Source: Guillardia theta CCMP2712 (taxonomy: Eukaryota; Protista; Cryptophyta). Taken from it: a stretch of DNA of 64,000 nt. Of this stretch, positions 37,525 to 49,640 are shown piece by piece (position 1 is the stretch's first letter; every line of letters starts with the position of its first letter). The stretch is taken from positions 354,045 to 418,044 of the forward strand of contig NW_005434651.1 of the NCBI RefSeq assembly GCF_000315625.1, read 5' to 3'. Made by a program: the position numbers and the translations under genes. The notes below the pieces were generated by a model. That model worked only from the letters and a program-made list of their open reading frames with translations. It was not told where the DNA came from and did not search any database.

Positions 37525-38404
37525 CAGGGCTCATAATGACTCGATGCAAGCATTGCGCGATGGTGATACCGACATGGATGGCGAAAAGCAAGCTCGTAAA
37601 AACGAGAAAGCACATGAAATTCAAAAGGAGTATGCTTGGTGTATTGTGCAGGTGTTGTATACATCTTGATTGGAAGTGTGTCATCCGTGACGCTAACTTA
37701 GGTTGATCGGACCAACTTTCAACTGAGGAATGCGCTGTGGGGCGTAGCACTTGGCCTGTTGTTCTAGTAGCCTTCCTTTCTCTTGGTGAGCTGCTGCAGG
37801 TATGAGGGAAGCGAGAAGAACAATCTGACAGCCCCCCTGCTCCCTCCCGCTGCGGATTCAAACCATGTGGGAGACAAGAGACACGGAGCCAACGGCACGT
37901 TGCAGGTCAGCCCTAGTGACGCGCGAGACGTGGCTGAGTATGGTATGACGGGCAGCAATGCGAGCAGACAGCGAGCGCCTTGTTCCGAGGGGTCGTGATG
38001 AGCTCGGAATCACTGGACCAAGAGAATGAGTTGAGCCACGGCACTCAAGCCGCTCAGGTTCTCGCGCTCTCCCCTCAGGGCCTCCTGACCGCTGCAGCAG
38101 CCTTTGATCGAGAGCTGCCTGGCTATCCTACTGCTGTTGAGGAAGTACGAGGAGTATACAGCAGCCATGGCGGCAGGAACCAAGAGCGGAGACCTTCAGA
38201 GCAAGGAGCAATGGGATGCAAGCTTTAACGCTCTGCTCAATGAGATCCGACCGCAATCGACATGCAATGACGCTCTCTTCCAGGTGAAGACATGCCGGCC
38301 AACCTTGACTTGCTTCGACTTGCTTCCATTCTTGTCCTCACACCTTGTTGTAGGACATTGTACAGAACATCGAAACTCTGAAAGAATCCATAAACAACGA
38401 GTAG
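37525..38404 (+). CDS. Small multi-exon hypothetical protein; start uncertain
   Basis: Exons ..IESCLAILLLLRKYEEY..WDASFNALLNEIRPQSTCNDALFQ|DIVQNIETLKESINNE* have canonical splice sites. Confidence 0.45.
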
Positions 38405-38468
38405 TCTCAGTGACGATCGTGTCGTGTGTCTTTATCTACAGTAGAATATTATTTACATCTGTCAAATG

Positions 38469-41400
38469 CTAGTCTGAGCTGTGAAAAACCCTCGTGTCCC
38501 GCATCCCATCCCTCCGAGGAGCTCGAGTATTCTCATCGTCCTCCTCTTCCATTCCACTCGATTTGAGCCGCTGAACTTGTTTATCGGGCATCTTGTCTAA
38601 CTTGTTCTTCCCCAGCGTCAGAGTCTTGAGGCTGCTGAGGCTGAGGATGGCGGAAGGCGGCTCGGAGATCTGGTTGTCCCTCAGAGTCAGAACCTCGAGG
38701 TGAATCAGCCGAGAGACGGAGGAGGGGAGAGAGGAGAGCAGGTTGCCATGCAGCTTGAGGGACCTGAGCAATGTTAAGGCACCGATGCTCTCCGGGAGAG
38801 AAAGGATGCGGTTGCGCTGGAGTTCCAGAGAATGCAACGAAAGCAGACACCCCACAGTCGAGGGGACTGTTGACAGCTTGTTGTTTCCGATGTAGAGCTC
38901 CTCTAGCCGGACCATGTCGCCTATCGTCATCTTGATGTTTGCAATGAGGTTGTCATTCAGGTTCAGTTGCACCATGTTGGTGAGGTTGTAGACTTCCGGG
39001 AAGAAACAGATCTTGTTCATGCTCAAGTTCAAGATCTCCAGGCTCGTCAGCCCAGAGATCGCAGCCGGGACGAGAGTGATGGTGTTTCCTCCAGCAGAGA
39101 GGCAGCGGAGAGAGATGCAGTAACCGATGGCGTCAGGGATCTGGTTGAGGTTGCAGTCATCGAGGAAGAGCATGCTGAGCAGTCGGAGGTTGACGACTGA
39201 GCCAGGCAAGATGAAGATCTTGTCGTTCTGACTCACATTCAGCTCGCAAAGCCCCGACAGCTCGCACACGGCTTCAGGGAACTTCATGAGAGCGTTGCTG
39301 CGCAGGTACAGCTGTTGAAGGTGCTCCATGCCCTGCAGGTCGTCGGGCAAGAGCGAGACTTCATTCATCTCCATGTTGAGGTACCTCAGCTCGTTCAGCT
39401 TGTTCATCCATCTCGGGAACTCGCCGATCGAGTTCTGATCCAGCCACAGGTTCTGGAGCTTGTGCAGGGTCTTGACGCACAGGGGAAACTCAGTGAGCCT
39501 GTTCTCACCGAGGTCAAGGGACTGCAGGTTGACGAGAGTGCCGAGCTCGTTCGGAATGGCTTTGAGCTTGTTCGTTCGCAGGTTCAAGTCTTGAAGACCC
39601 ACAAGGACGCCGAGCCACGTGCCAACCTGACGGCATTGATTGCGACTGAAGTTGAACCTGGTCAGATTTGAGCACTTGGCAATGACAGCAGGAATTTGCT
39701 GCAGATCTTGTCCTTGGAGATTGAGAAAGTTTGTCAGGGTGCTGGACTGCAACCTTGAAAGGAATTGGAGAATTTCAGGGACTGTGAACTTGTCTATCAC
39801 CTCCTGCATCGTGTCTTTGAAATCGTTGTCGTCAAGAGCAAGTTCAACAAGCTGAGTCATCGCACACATCTCGAACGGAAGTTCCTTCAAACGATTCATG
39901 CTCAGCTTCAAAGATTGTATCGATGTCGAGCCAGATAGGGTAGCATTGAGGTTTTGCAGGCGATTATTCGTGCAGTCAAGATGTGTCAACCTGTAGTTCT
40001 TGTGGATTGACCCTGGGAGATGTTCAAGTTTGTTCGCCTCCACTACCAAGATTTCAAGATTTCGCAATAGGAAGATGTCTTCAGGCAGAGATTTGATACG
40101 ATTCCGTGTGAGATTGAGCTCCTTGATTGCAGTCAGGGTCAAAACATTCTCATTCAAAATCTCAATCTTGTTGTTCATCACGTTGTAGGAGATCAAGTTG
40201 CGATAGGGAGCGAACGGGCAGCTTGAGAGGCCGTATCCGATCATCTCCAGCCTTCTTGTCGACTTTGACTTGTTGACGTCTTCGATCCACCTGAGCATTT
40301 GTTTGATCCCTCGTTCGCAGACAACCGCGGGAATGTCTCGTCGCTCGTCGTCTTGGACGTGAATGTGCCTCAGGCTTGTCATCGTTGTGAACCACAAGGG
40401 GAGATGTCCGCTGTCGCTCAGGGTCAGCGCCTCACTCACCCACAGCTCCTTCAGCTTCCGCAGGCTTGTCAGGGTGTTGGGCACCTCGTGAAACACGTTG
40501 TTCCCTATGGAGAACTTGATAAGCTTCTTGAGGGACGAGATCGCATCGGGCAAGGCACGCAAGTAGTTGTGAGAGACGTACAGTTCTGCTAGCCTCTGAT
40601 ATGAGCTGACAGCTCCTGACAGATAGATGAGCTTGTTATGATTGAGGGCTAGTTGCTGCAAGTTTGTAAGATCAAAGAACTCTGAAGGTAACTCCTCGAT
40701 CTGATTGTGAGACACGTCGAGGCATGTCAGAGAAGTGAGCGCCCCGATGGCAGCATGCAGGAAGGTCAGCCGGTTGAAGTCAAGCTTCAGTGTCGTGAGA
40801 TGCACCAACTTTCCTATCTGAGCAGGGATTTCATCTATCTTGTTGAAGGAGAGGACCATCTCTTTCATCCCAAGCAGATTCCCGATGTACGGCACGAGCT
40901 TTTCCATGTCGTTCCTTGAAAAGTCAAGTGAATACAGATTGCCAACCTTGCAAACTGACTTGGGAAAGACAGAGACTGCGTTGCCGCTCATGTTCAAAGT
41001 CTCCAGTTGCATCAACCAAGATATTGAAGATGGGAAATAGATTATTTCGTTCTTTTGCAAGATTAATGACTTCATTGCAGTCATCATCCCGATTTGAGAT
41101 GGTATTGTGACAATGTTGTTGAATCCGATACCAAGCAAGGTCAGCGAGGTCAGGCAAGAGAACTCTCTTGGAATCTCTTTGATCAAGTTGTTGTCTGCAA
41201 CGATTTCAAGCAGCGCCGTGCAAGATCCCATTTCACTTGGCAGAGAGACGAGCGCATTGAAACTCAACTTGCAGACTTCAAGCTGCGCGAGTCGTCCAAC
41301 AGCAGCAGGGAGCAGGCGAAGTTTGTTTTGAGACAGGATGAGTGTGCGCAACATAGGCGGGAAGTCAAAACCTTCTGGAAATGTTCTGATCTGATTCGAG

Positions 41401-44400
41401 GAGAGATCCAACTCCAGCAGGGCCTGGAGTCTGATCCATGAAGTCAAGATGTCTCGAATATTGTTCTTTGAGCATGAGAACTTGACGAGGGAATCAAAGT
41501 TCTCTATGCTCTTGTCGATCTTCTCTAGCTGATTGTTGTCCAAACACACAGTCTTCAACGGCTGCCGTGAAGGTGAATCAGGCGATTTATCTTCCTGCCA
41601 GATGTCTTCGGGGATACGGTTGAGTTCAAGATCACGAAGCATCATCTCTCCAGTCTTGCGCCCGTTCAGAAGCTTCACGACATATTCCACCTGCAAGTTG
41701 ACTTCTCTACTCGCTGTATTTTGAAAGAAATCTCCGAGAAACGTTTCACTGACATTGAACACGTCGAGCTGTGTGAGGTCTGTCATGGCCGCAGGAACAT
41801 CTGCAAGAGGATTGTTGCTCACGTTGAGGTAGTTGAGCTTCTTGAGAGTAGCCAAGGCTTCGGGCAGTGATGACAATTTGTTGAAACTGCCGTCAAAAAG
41901 CTGAAGATTGACTAGCTGAGAAATTGCGTCAGGGAGCTCTGCGATCTCATTCCGTGACACGTCGATCCCCGTGCAGATGTCAACGAAGTTGACACACCAG
42001 GGAGACGGGAAGTAGTCGAGATATTTCCATCCGAACTTGACCTCATGCATGTCAAGTTTCTTGGTCCGAACAAGCCTCTCCTCTCTCATGAGATAATCTT
42101 GAATCGATTTCAGCCCGAGGTCTACCACATGTGGAGGCGGATCTTCAAGGGGATTGTACTGAACATTGAGAACTTCAAGATCTGTGAGCAAAGCAATGGA
42201 GTAATGTAAGCTGGTCAACGAATTGCTTTGTAGGTATAGTTCAGCTAAACCTTCAAACTTTCCCATGTGTGGAAGGATTTCAAGCACGTTTCTTGAAAGA
42301 TCGAGGGTTTCTAGATCAATGAATGCGGTGATGATTTGAGGGATCTCTCGCAGTTTGTTGTTTGCCAGACTGAGATGCAACAGGTCTGTCATCGTTGTGA
42401 TTTCTTTAGGGAAAAACTTCAGCCCGAGGTTGGAGAGGTCTAAACGTTTCGTTCTGTCGGAGTTGATGATCTTCTTGTAATATTGCACTAGCGTCTCATT
42501 GCTCCTCATGATCACTTCCTTGGGCGGTGTCATGGTCATTCTCATGTTCTGAGCATTCAGTTTCTTCAGGACCGTGAGGTGCGAGACTTCAACCTTGAAC
42601 GTCTCACACAATTTCAACTTCTTCAGCTTGTCTGGTAATGTCTTGACAGGGTTAGCGTGTAGCAGCAACGTGTTGAGCTGTGTCAGACCGACGATGGAGT
42701 TTGGAACGTCGGTAATGCGGTTGTTGGATAGGTCGAGGTATGTGAGGGACTGGCACCCTCCTGAAAACTCACTCGTCAACGCAATAAAAAAATTGCTATC
42801 AGTTCCTCCAATAGATTTCGGAATGGTCGAAATTTTGTTCTGTCCCAGGTCCAAAAATCTCAAATCACTCAATCGTGTAAAACTATCTGGTAACGTCTCA
42901 ATGTTGTTGAATCTCAAGTTCAGAGTTTGCAAGCAATACATGTTTCCAATATTAGCCGGGAGCAATGCAAGACGATTTTTAGAAATTGACAGCTCTGTTA
43001 TCCTGGTTTGTTGACAAATTGCAGCTGGAAGGCTTGGTAGTTGATTGTTATCGAGTCGAAAAACCTCCATCAGCCCTATCTGTGACACATGGTCTTCCAT
43101 ATGCATGATCTTGTTGAAACTTAAATCCAGAACTTTCAATGTTTGTATGCTTGTGAGGTGTAGCGGTAAAGAAACAATCTGAAAATCACTCAGATGAAAT
43201 ATTTTCTTCTGAAGTCCTTCTCTGATTCTGTCGAGGTAGCTGACGGCAACCTTGGTGCCTTGAGTGGAGATGTCCTTGGGAGGTAGGATCAAATCATTCC
43301 AATCAAACTCCAGCACCCGGATCCTCCAGAACTCTTTCAAATTGAGCGGGAGAGTTTTCAGAGGGTTGCCTCTTATCTTCAACTCTGTCACAGATGTCCA
43401 GGAAGCAAACACTTGCGGGATTGTCTCAAGCAGATTGTTCTCCATGTGCAGGACCTTCAAAGACTGCATCCGGGCAAACACTTGAGGGATGTTTGAGATT
43501 TGGTTGTTGCACAGAGAGACATGAGTCAAAGAGTTGTTGGAGGAGATTGGTTGAGGTATCGTCTTGAACTTGTTGCTATCCGCACTGAAAAGCTGAAGCG
43601 ATGCACATTTGCGAATCGACTGTGGAAATGAATTCAATCGATTTCTGTTCGCGGAGAAATACTTGAGAGCTTTGAAGTTACCAAACCTGAGAGGAATCGA
43701 AGATATCCTGTTATCGTCAAGGTACAAGGCTTCAAGTTTTAGCAAGGAACAAACCTCATCAGGCAGCACAGAGATATCATTTTCTGACAGATCGAGAGCG
43801 ATCAGGTTAGTCAGTGCATGTATTGAAGCCGGGACACTTGCGAGATTGTTTCTTGTTAGGGAGATGGATTTGAGTTCTCCAGACAAGTTTCCGAGCTCAT
43901 GGGTAGTGATCTCTGGAGGCAGGTAGTGCAGGTGATAATCTTCGAGCTCAATGGACATGGTTGACTTGGCTTCTTCGTATCGCTTCAAGTAGTCCAGCAG
44001 GTAAGAAATCCCCTTCTTTGAGATGAATTTTGAAACCTCAAAAGGAGGAGACGCAATCTTCTCTTCCCAGTCCGCATTGAACGTCGTCAGATTCCTCAGT
44101 CTGCAGAATGAGAACGGAATGCCTTCAATCTCGTTCTCAACGATGGAAAGAAAAGTCAGCGATGTACATTGGCCGAGTTGAGCCGGGAGGCTTGAGAGGC
44201 GATTTCTATCGAGGATTAAGGACTGGAGCTGAGACAGGTGCATTATCGACTCGGGTATGGAAACCAGGCTGTTGTCACAAATAGAAAGACTTTTCAACAA
44301 GACCAGAGCTCCAAAGTCAGGCACAATCTTCTCGATAGTTTGCTTCATGATATTCTGAACCTCTCGAGCCATCTCAGAGGTTTCGTTGTTGACGCGATAG

Positions 44401-47400
44401 CTGTCAGGTGGCAAATGTGTCAGCAGATTCTTGTCCAGCCTGAGGCTTTCAAGGACGGAGATGGTACAGATCTCCTCAGGCAGCTCTGACAGCTTGCCCT
44501 CGGTCAAATCCAACTCGCCGGTGTCAAGAGAGCTCAGGAGCTTCTTACAGTAGTCTCTCATCGAGGCGAGGCCTTCCCTCGTGATCGACCTGGGAGGGCT
44601 CTGCACGCAGTTCTCCTCGAAGACGAAACTCTCAAGTTGGTCGAAATGTGCAAACTCAACAGGAAAGTGAGTGAAGCGACTCTCTTCACATGATAGTCTA
44701 CGTAACTGTTTCATCTGACAAAGCGCCGCCGGGAATCTTTGAACGAAAGGGTTCTTGCTGACATCGAGGTCTTCCATTGTCGTAAGCGCCCCAAGATAAT
44801 CTGGAATACAGGCCAGGTAATTCTGATCAAGGTGTAAAAGTTTAAGCTGTGCAAGGTTTGTAATCGAGGAACTGATTTCCTTGATTTTGTTGTCTTTCAG
44901 GATGAGAACAATGAGTTTGACAAGTGTTGATACGCAATCAGGAATCTGTTGTAGTCGATTAGATGTAACAACCAATTTGACGATCAAGCTACATTGTCCC
45001 AATGATTCTGGAAGACTTTTCAAAGAGTTCTGTTCGACGACAAGCTCTTTCAAGGCTGTTATGGATCCTACGGTATTGGGAAGAAAATGCAAAGAGTTCT
45101 GACTTATGTTGAGCACTGCGAGGTCATGCATTTCGCAGACATCAGGAGGAAGTTCGCTCAGAGAGAACTGCTCTAAGTAGAGCTCGTGCTTGATTTCTCC
45201 TTCCATCAGTTTTGCAAAGAAGCTTCTGATGTCCCTGATGGAGTTGGTAGCAAGAACTTGCGGAGGTGATATCAGCGCACAGTTCTTCACGCTCAAATCC
45301 ACCAGAGGTTGAATGTTGACCAGCGACTTGGGAAGCCTTCTCAGGCGGAAGTTGTCATCCAGGTTGAGTGAGGTCAAGGACTGCATCAGATCAAAGTAGC
45401 TCGCAATCTCCAGAAACCGATTGCCCTGCAAGGAGAGCTTGGTCAGGGACGAGCAGCTCTTGCAGACTGACTCAGGCATCTCATCGATGTAGTTGTGGCT
45501 CAGATTCAACTCTCTCAGGTCCCGCAGATCTCGAATCTCCAGCGGCACATGCAGCAGGCCATAAGAGCTGAAGTCCAGCACGTGCGTCACCGCAGCTCTA
45601 GACAGGGTTCGCAGGTGCTCCATGACGCAAGGGATTCCCTTTCGAACGATCTCGTTGCAGGGGACTCTCAGTGAATCGCATTCCAGCGACAGGATCTTGA
45701 GGTGGGTGATAGCCCCGAGGTACAGGGGCAACTCTTCGAGGCCATAGTTCTTGGAGAGATCAAGCGAGGTCATGCTTGACATTTCTCCGATTTCAAATGG
45801 GATTGTTTGTATCATGTTGTTTGAGAAGTCAGCTTTCTCAACTCCTGTCATACCGCAAGCAAACAAGGGAAAGCGTCTGAACTTGTTCTGTTGCATCAGT
45901 AGAAGCTTGACATGCTTCATGTTTGCGAATGAAGGAGGAACAGTGTCGAGTTCGTTGTCGTGAAGGCGGAGATCTGTGATCGAAGACATCTCCCCGAAAC
46001 GATTGGGCAGCCGCTTCAGATTGTTGTTGTCAGCATAGAAATGCACAACTTTTGTGAGGTTTCCTATTGTATCAGGCAAAAACTCTAGATTGTTGTGCCG
46101 AATCGAAAAATATTTCAAGTTGTGGAGATGTCCGAGTTCATCTGGAAGGTACTTGAGATGATTGTTTTCAACATTTAGATCCACGATCTTGCTCAGATGT
46201 GAGATTGAATCTGACATGAGAAACATTTGATTGTTGCTGACTTGTAAGCTCGTCAGGTTCACCAGTTGACTCAGTTCCGAGTGCATGTATCTGATCTCAT
46301 TGTTTCCAAGATCAAGAGAAGTCAACGTTGTCACGTAGCAAAGCTCAAGAGGCAGGTGGTCCAACTCTCTTGCGTTGAGATCGCCATAACAAGACTCTCG
46401 CATCTGGCACAAACTCTGAAGCCATCGGAGCACATTCTCTGAACCGAGGCTGCAAACTGAAGGCGCAGGAATCTTCAACCTCTCTAAGTCAATGTCAAAT
46501 TCAGACAGACTTGTCAGATATCCCATGTCCGTTGGGACCGTCTGCCAGAAGTGTTGAGAAAGTGCACAAGGCGAAAGCAAGGGAATACCTCGATGGGGTT
46601 GCTGGAAAGCCTGAGCTTCTTCAAACAGGTTAGGTTACCCATCTCGGGGTGTAAGACGCGGATGTCATTGTCTCTGAGATCCAACACTGTCAGGCTTGAG
46701 AATCGCTTCATCATGTCGAGAGGAATCTCTGTCAGACGGTGACCAGTGAGCTCTAGCACCCGCAAGTCTGCGATGATGCTGATGCACTTGGGATACTCTC
46801 GGATCGGAATGTCGAACAGATCCTTCGACAGCTTCAGAATTTTGAATGTGTTTGCACTGTTGCAACATGTCAGAAACAACAAGTGACAGTCTGCCCATTA
46901 CTTGTCCAATCGACGCAGGTACGTTCTGATCTTCTTCCATTTCTCTGCTTTGGGCGTCCCACTCACCACTGCAGAGATGTCTTCGTCGTCTTCAGATGGA
47001 ATCTTGTTCTCATCGTAGGAAAAGGCTGTCAATGAAGTCAGCCGCCCGAATTCCCATGGCAGGCAGGTGAGCTGGTTTTTCTCCAAGGACATGTGCTCCA
47101 GTCTATGAAGCATCCCGATGGTCCTCGGCAAGAACTCGATGCGGTTGTCATGAGCCCAGAAGCGCTGGAGGGAAGCGCACAAGCCGATCTCTTCAGGAAG
47201 AGATCGGAGCCTGTTTCCATTCACCTTGATCACCTGAACATTAGTGAATGTCCCGATGAGGGGGTCGACGTATTCCAGCAGGTTGTTGTTGATCCAGAGC
47301 AAGGAGATGCTTGTCAAATCCCAGAGACCGGAAGGAATCTCCTTGATAGGCAAGTTGATGATCTCGCATTCTCCTGTCTTTCTAGCAATTTCAATCCTCG

Positions 47401-47461
47401 CTTCTAACTTCTTGCTTAGTTCAACACCAATCCCTTCTTTCTGCTGATTCTTCTTGTTCAT
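38469..47461 (-). CDS. Giant (~3000 aa) leucine-rich-repeat-only protein; 3 exons, the last about 8.1 kb
   Basis: ORFs 46898-47461, 46514-46882 and 38469-46580 consist of LxxLxLxxNxLxxLP repeats throughout, punctuated by PPxE(V/I)xxxG...YL caps. Confidence 0.92.
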
Positions 47462-47894
47462 GGTTCATGCTGGTCAAGTAACCGCTCGCATCAGTGCTCT
47501 ATCTCTCAGCATGGCATTCTCAGTTGACATACTTTACATCTGTTCTTCGCCTGCAGCATCCGCCTGCCTTTCAAGTTTCCATCTGCTCGTCCTTGGCGCC
47601 GTTGCTATCGCTACCTCATGGCGTTCACGGTTCCTTCCGTTACAAACCGTTGGAAGTAAACCGGTGGACGGGATGCGACTAAACGCGATCGAGAATGGCG
47701 TGGATTTGAGGAGGCGAGGAAAAAAGCGAAGAAGAATGTGCGGATGAGAGAGATAGAAGGAATGAAAGAGGCATGGAGACGATCATGGGCGAACAAGCAT
47801 GCGATTGAGTTATGAAAGACTCATCAGTCAAAATTATGATTGATATTGAAGCAGAGAAGCAGGGGGGTGTATGATGCTTTGATAGAGAGAAGTT

Positions 47895-49542
47895 ATGAAA
47901 AGCCAACAGACTGCAGCGCTCTGGCTTGTGCTTTCCGGTGTGTTGTGTGTCTGCAATGGTGAGCATTGGTGGCCAAATCGGGCAACGGGGAGCAGAAGAT
48001 TGTTGAATCGCCTTCGAGGAGGATTCTCGGACAGCGAGGAAAGCTTGGCAGAGGCAAACAAGCAGATTACAGCAGCGGTATTAGAGGAAATGAGGCAGTT
48101 GAACCGAAGCTCATGTGGAATTCCTATGGTATAAGTTCATCTGTCTTACTAAGATTTGAAAAATCGTGCCTGGGTACAGTTACGACCTGAGCCGAAACCG
48201 TTGGAAGGCGATATCAGGATCCCTGGAGATTTCAACGACATAGTCGAGGCTCTTGTTACTTGCAAGGTGAGCTGAAGGGAGCTCGGTATTCTTGCTGCTT
48301 AACATTCGGCAGAACGGGTCGAGTTTCTTCCTTGGAGAAGGGAAATACCACTGGGATGAATTGACTACGCCGAATGGAACGAGGCGGATAGGGCACGGTC
48401 TCATCTCCTCCTTCTCTTGGCCTTTGCGTCACACTGCTCAGACTTCAAGAACAAGAACGATGCTGCCGGTGGAACCATCTTCATCGCACACACTCTCCGA
48501 CTCCGTGGACATCCGAAGGCTGAGCTCTGGTGAGAAAGGACAATCGTTTGCAAGGGGTTGGGATGACGTGATGTCTCAGGGGACATCTTGTCTTCGTCTC
48601 TGGGTCTTCAGGCATCTGCAAGTACGTCACGTTGGCAGCAGACTGCCGACAGTCGGACGCAGGACATCCCTCGGTTTTCATCTACGGCAGGTCAATTGAT
48701 TCTTGTTGTCCTGCGCGTCAGTGTTTCTACAGGGCATGGCAGTTTCACGAGTGCGAAGTTCGTTCTGCTGGAGGTGCAGCCGTTGCACTGGCTGGAACAG
48801 GAGGGGCCCACATGGTTCGTCATTGTCTGCCAGGAAAAACCATGACGCACGTCTGCAGTACGAATGTGGCATAGGAGGAGTTGAATCATTTCCTACGACT
48901 CGGGCTCAGGTCGGCGTGTGGGTGCTTGAGAACTCAAGCTGCTGGCTCCACTCGTGCGCTGTGAGATCGAACCATCGCTCTGGGTAAGTCGCCACGTTCC
49001 TCGTCGACGATTTGACAATTTGCAGGGTCATTGCAGCGGGTCAAGCAATGCTGAAAGCGTATCAGTGCAGCTTTGCTTTCAATATGCAACACCTTCATCT
49101 GATTCAAGCGTGCAAAGTCGTTGGGCTGCTTCTTTATAGCCCTTGACAAGTCAGCAGGTCAAGCTTTATCGCTGCGAGCTGCACGATAGCCTGGATACAA
49201 GCTTCAAGATCGACCAAGACGAGGTGTCGACTCTCGACTACCCATGACCTGTCCTCACTTGCTGCAGGGTGTTCTGCTCCATCTATATTTCAATCTCATC
49301 CAGGGGAAGCTGTGGAACTCGAACTCGAGGTCGCGAGTAAATCCGTGCTCCAGAAGTTCCATTGAGCCTGTACCGCAGACCAGCAGGGCTGAAGGAGGTT
49401 CAGAACAAGTGCTTTCAAGGTAAGACGCGGGTGCTAACGCTGATCATGGGTAATCTTGCCCCCAGGGAGCTGGAGGGAGGACTTGTCTGTGCTCAACACC
49501 CATAGAAAGTTGCTAGGTGAGGGCGAAAACACATCGATATAG
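47895..49542 (+). CDS. Signal-peptide protein with a predicted right-handed beta-helix (pectin-lyase-like) fold; multi-exon
   Basis: Starts MKSQQTAALWLVLSGVLCVCNG..RLRGG. Exons include IRIPGDFNDIVEAL, FFLGEGKYHW, VFVSGSSG, PSVFIYG|GAWQFHECEVRSAGG and LWNSNSR|PAGLKE. The fold is inferred. Confidence 0.6.
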
Positions 49543-49640
49543 TACGATGATGCAGCACTGCAGACACAGTGATGGACGTCAGTGCAAGAAGCCACGAGCG
49601 TTCGAGTTTGTAAGTTTATATGAGAAGCCAGCAACTCGCA

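Noticed and set aside
38469-46580. Roco/LRRK or NLR assignment for the giant LRR protein
   Set aside because: No Roc GTPase, COR, kinase or NB-ARC motifs are visible.
47601-47614. X-box-like GTTGCTATCGCTAC upstream of the LRR gene
   Set aside because: It is a single imperfect match, and RFX factors are not expected in this kind of alga.
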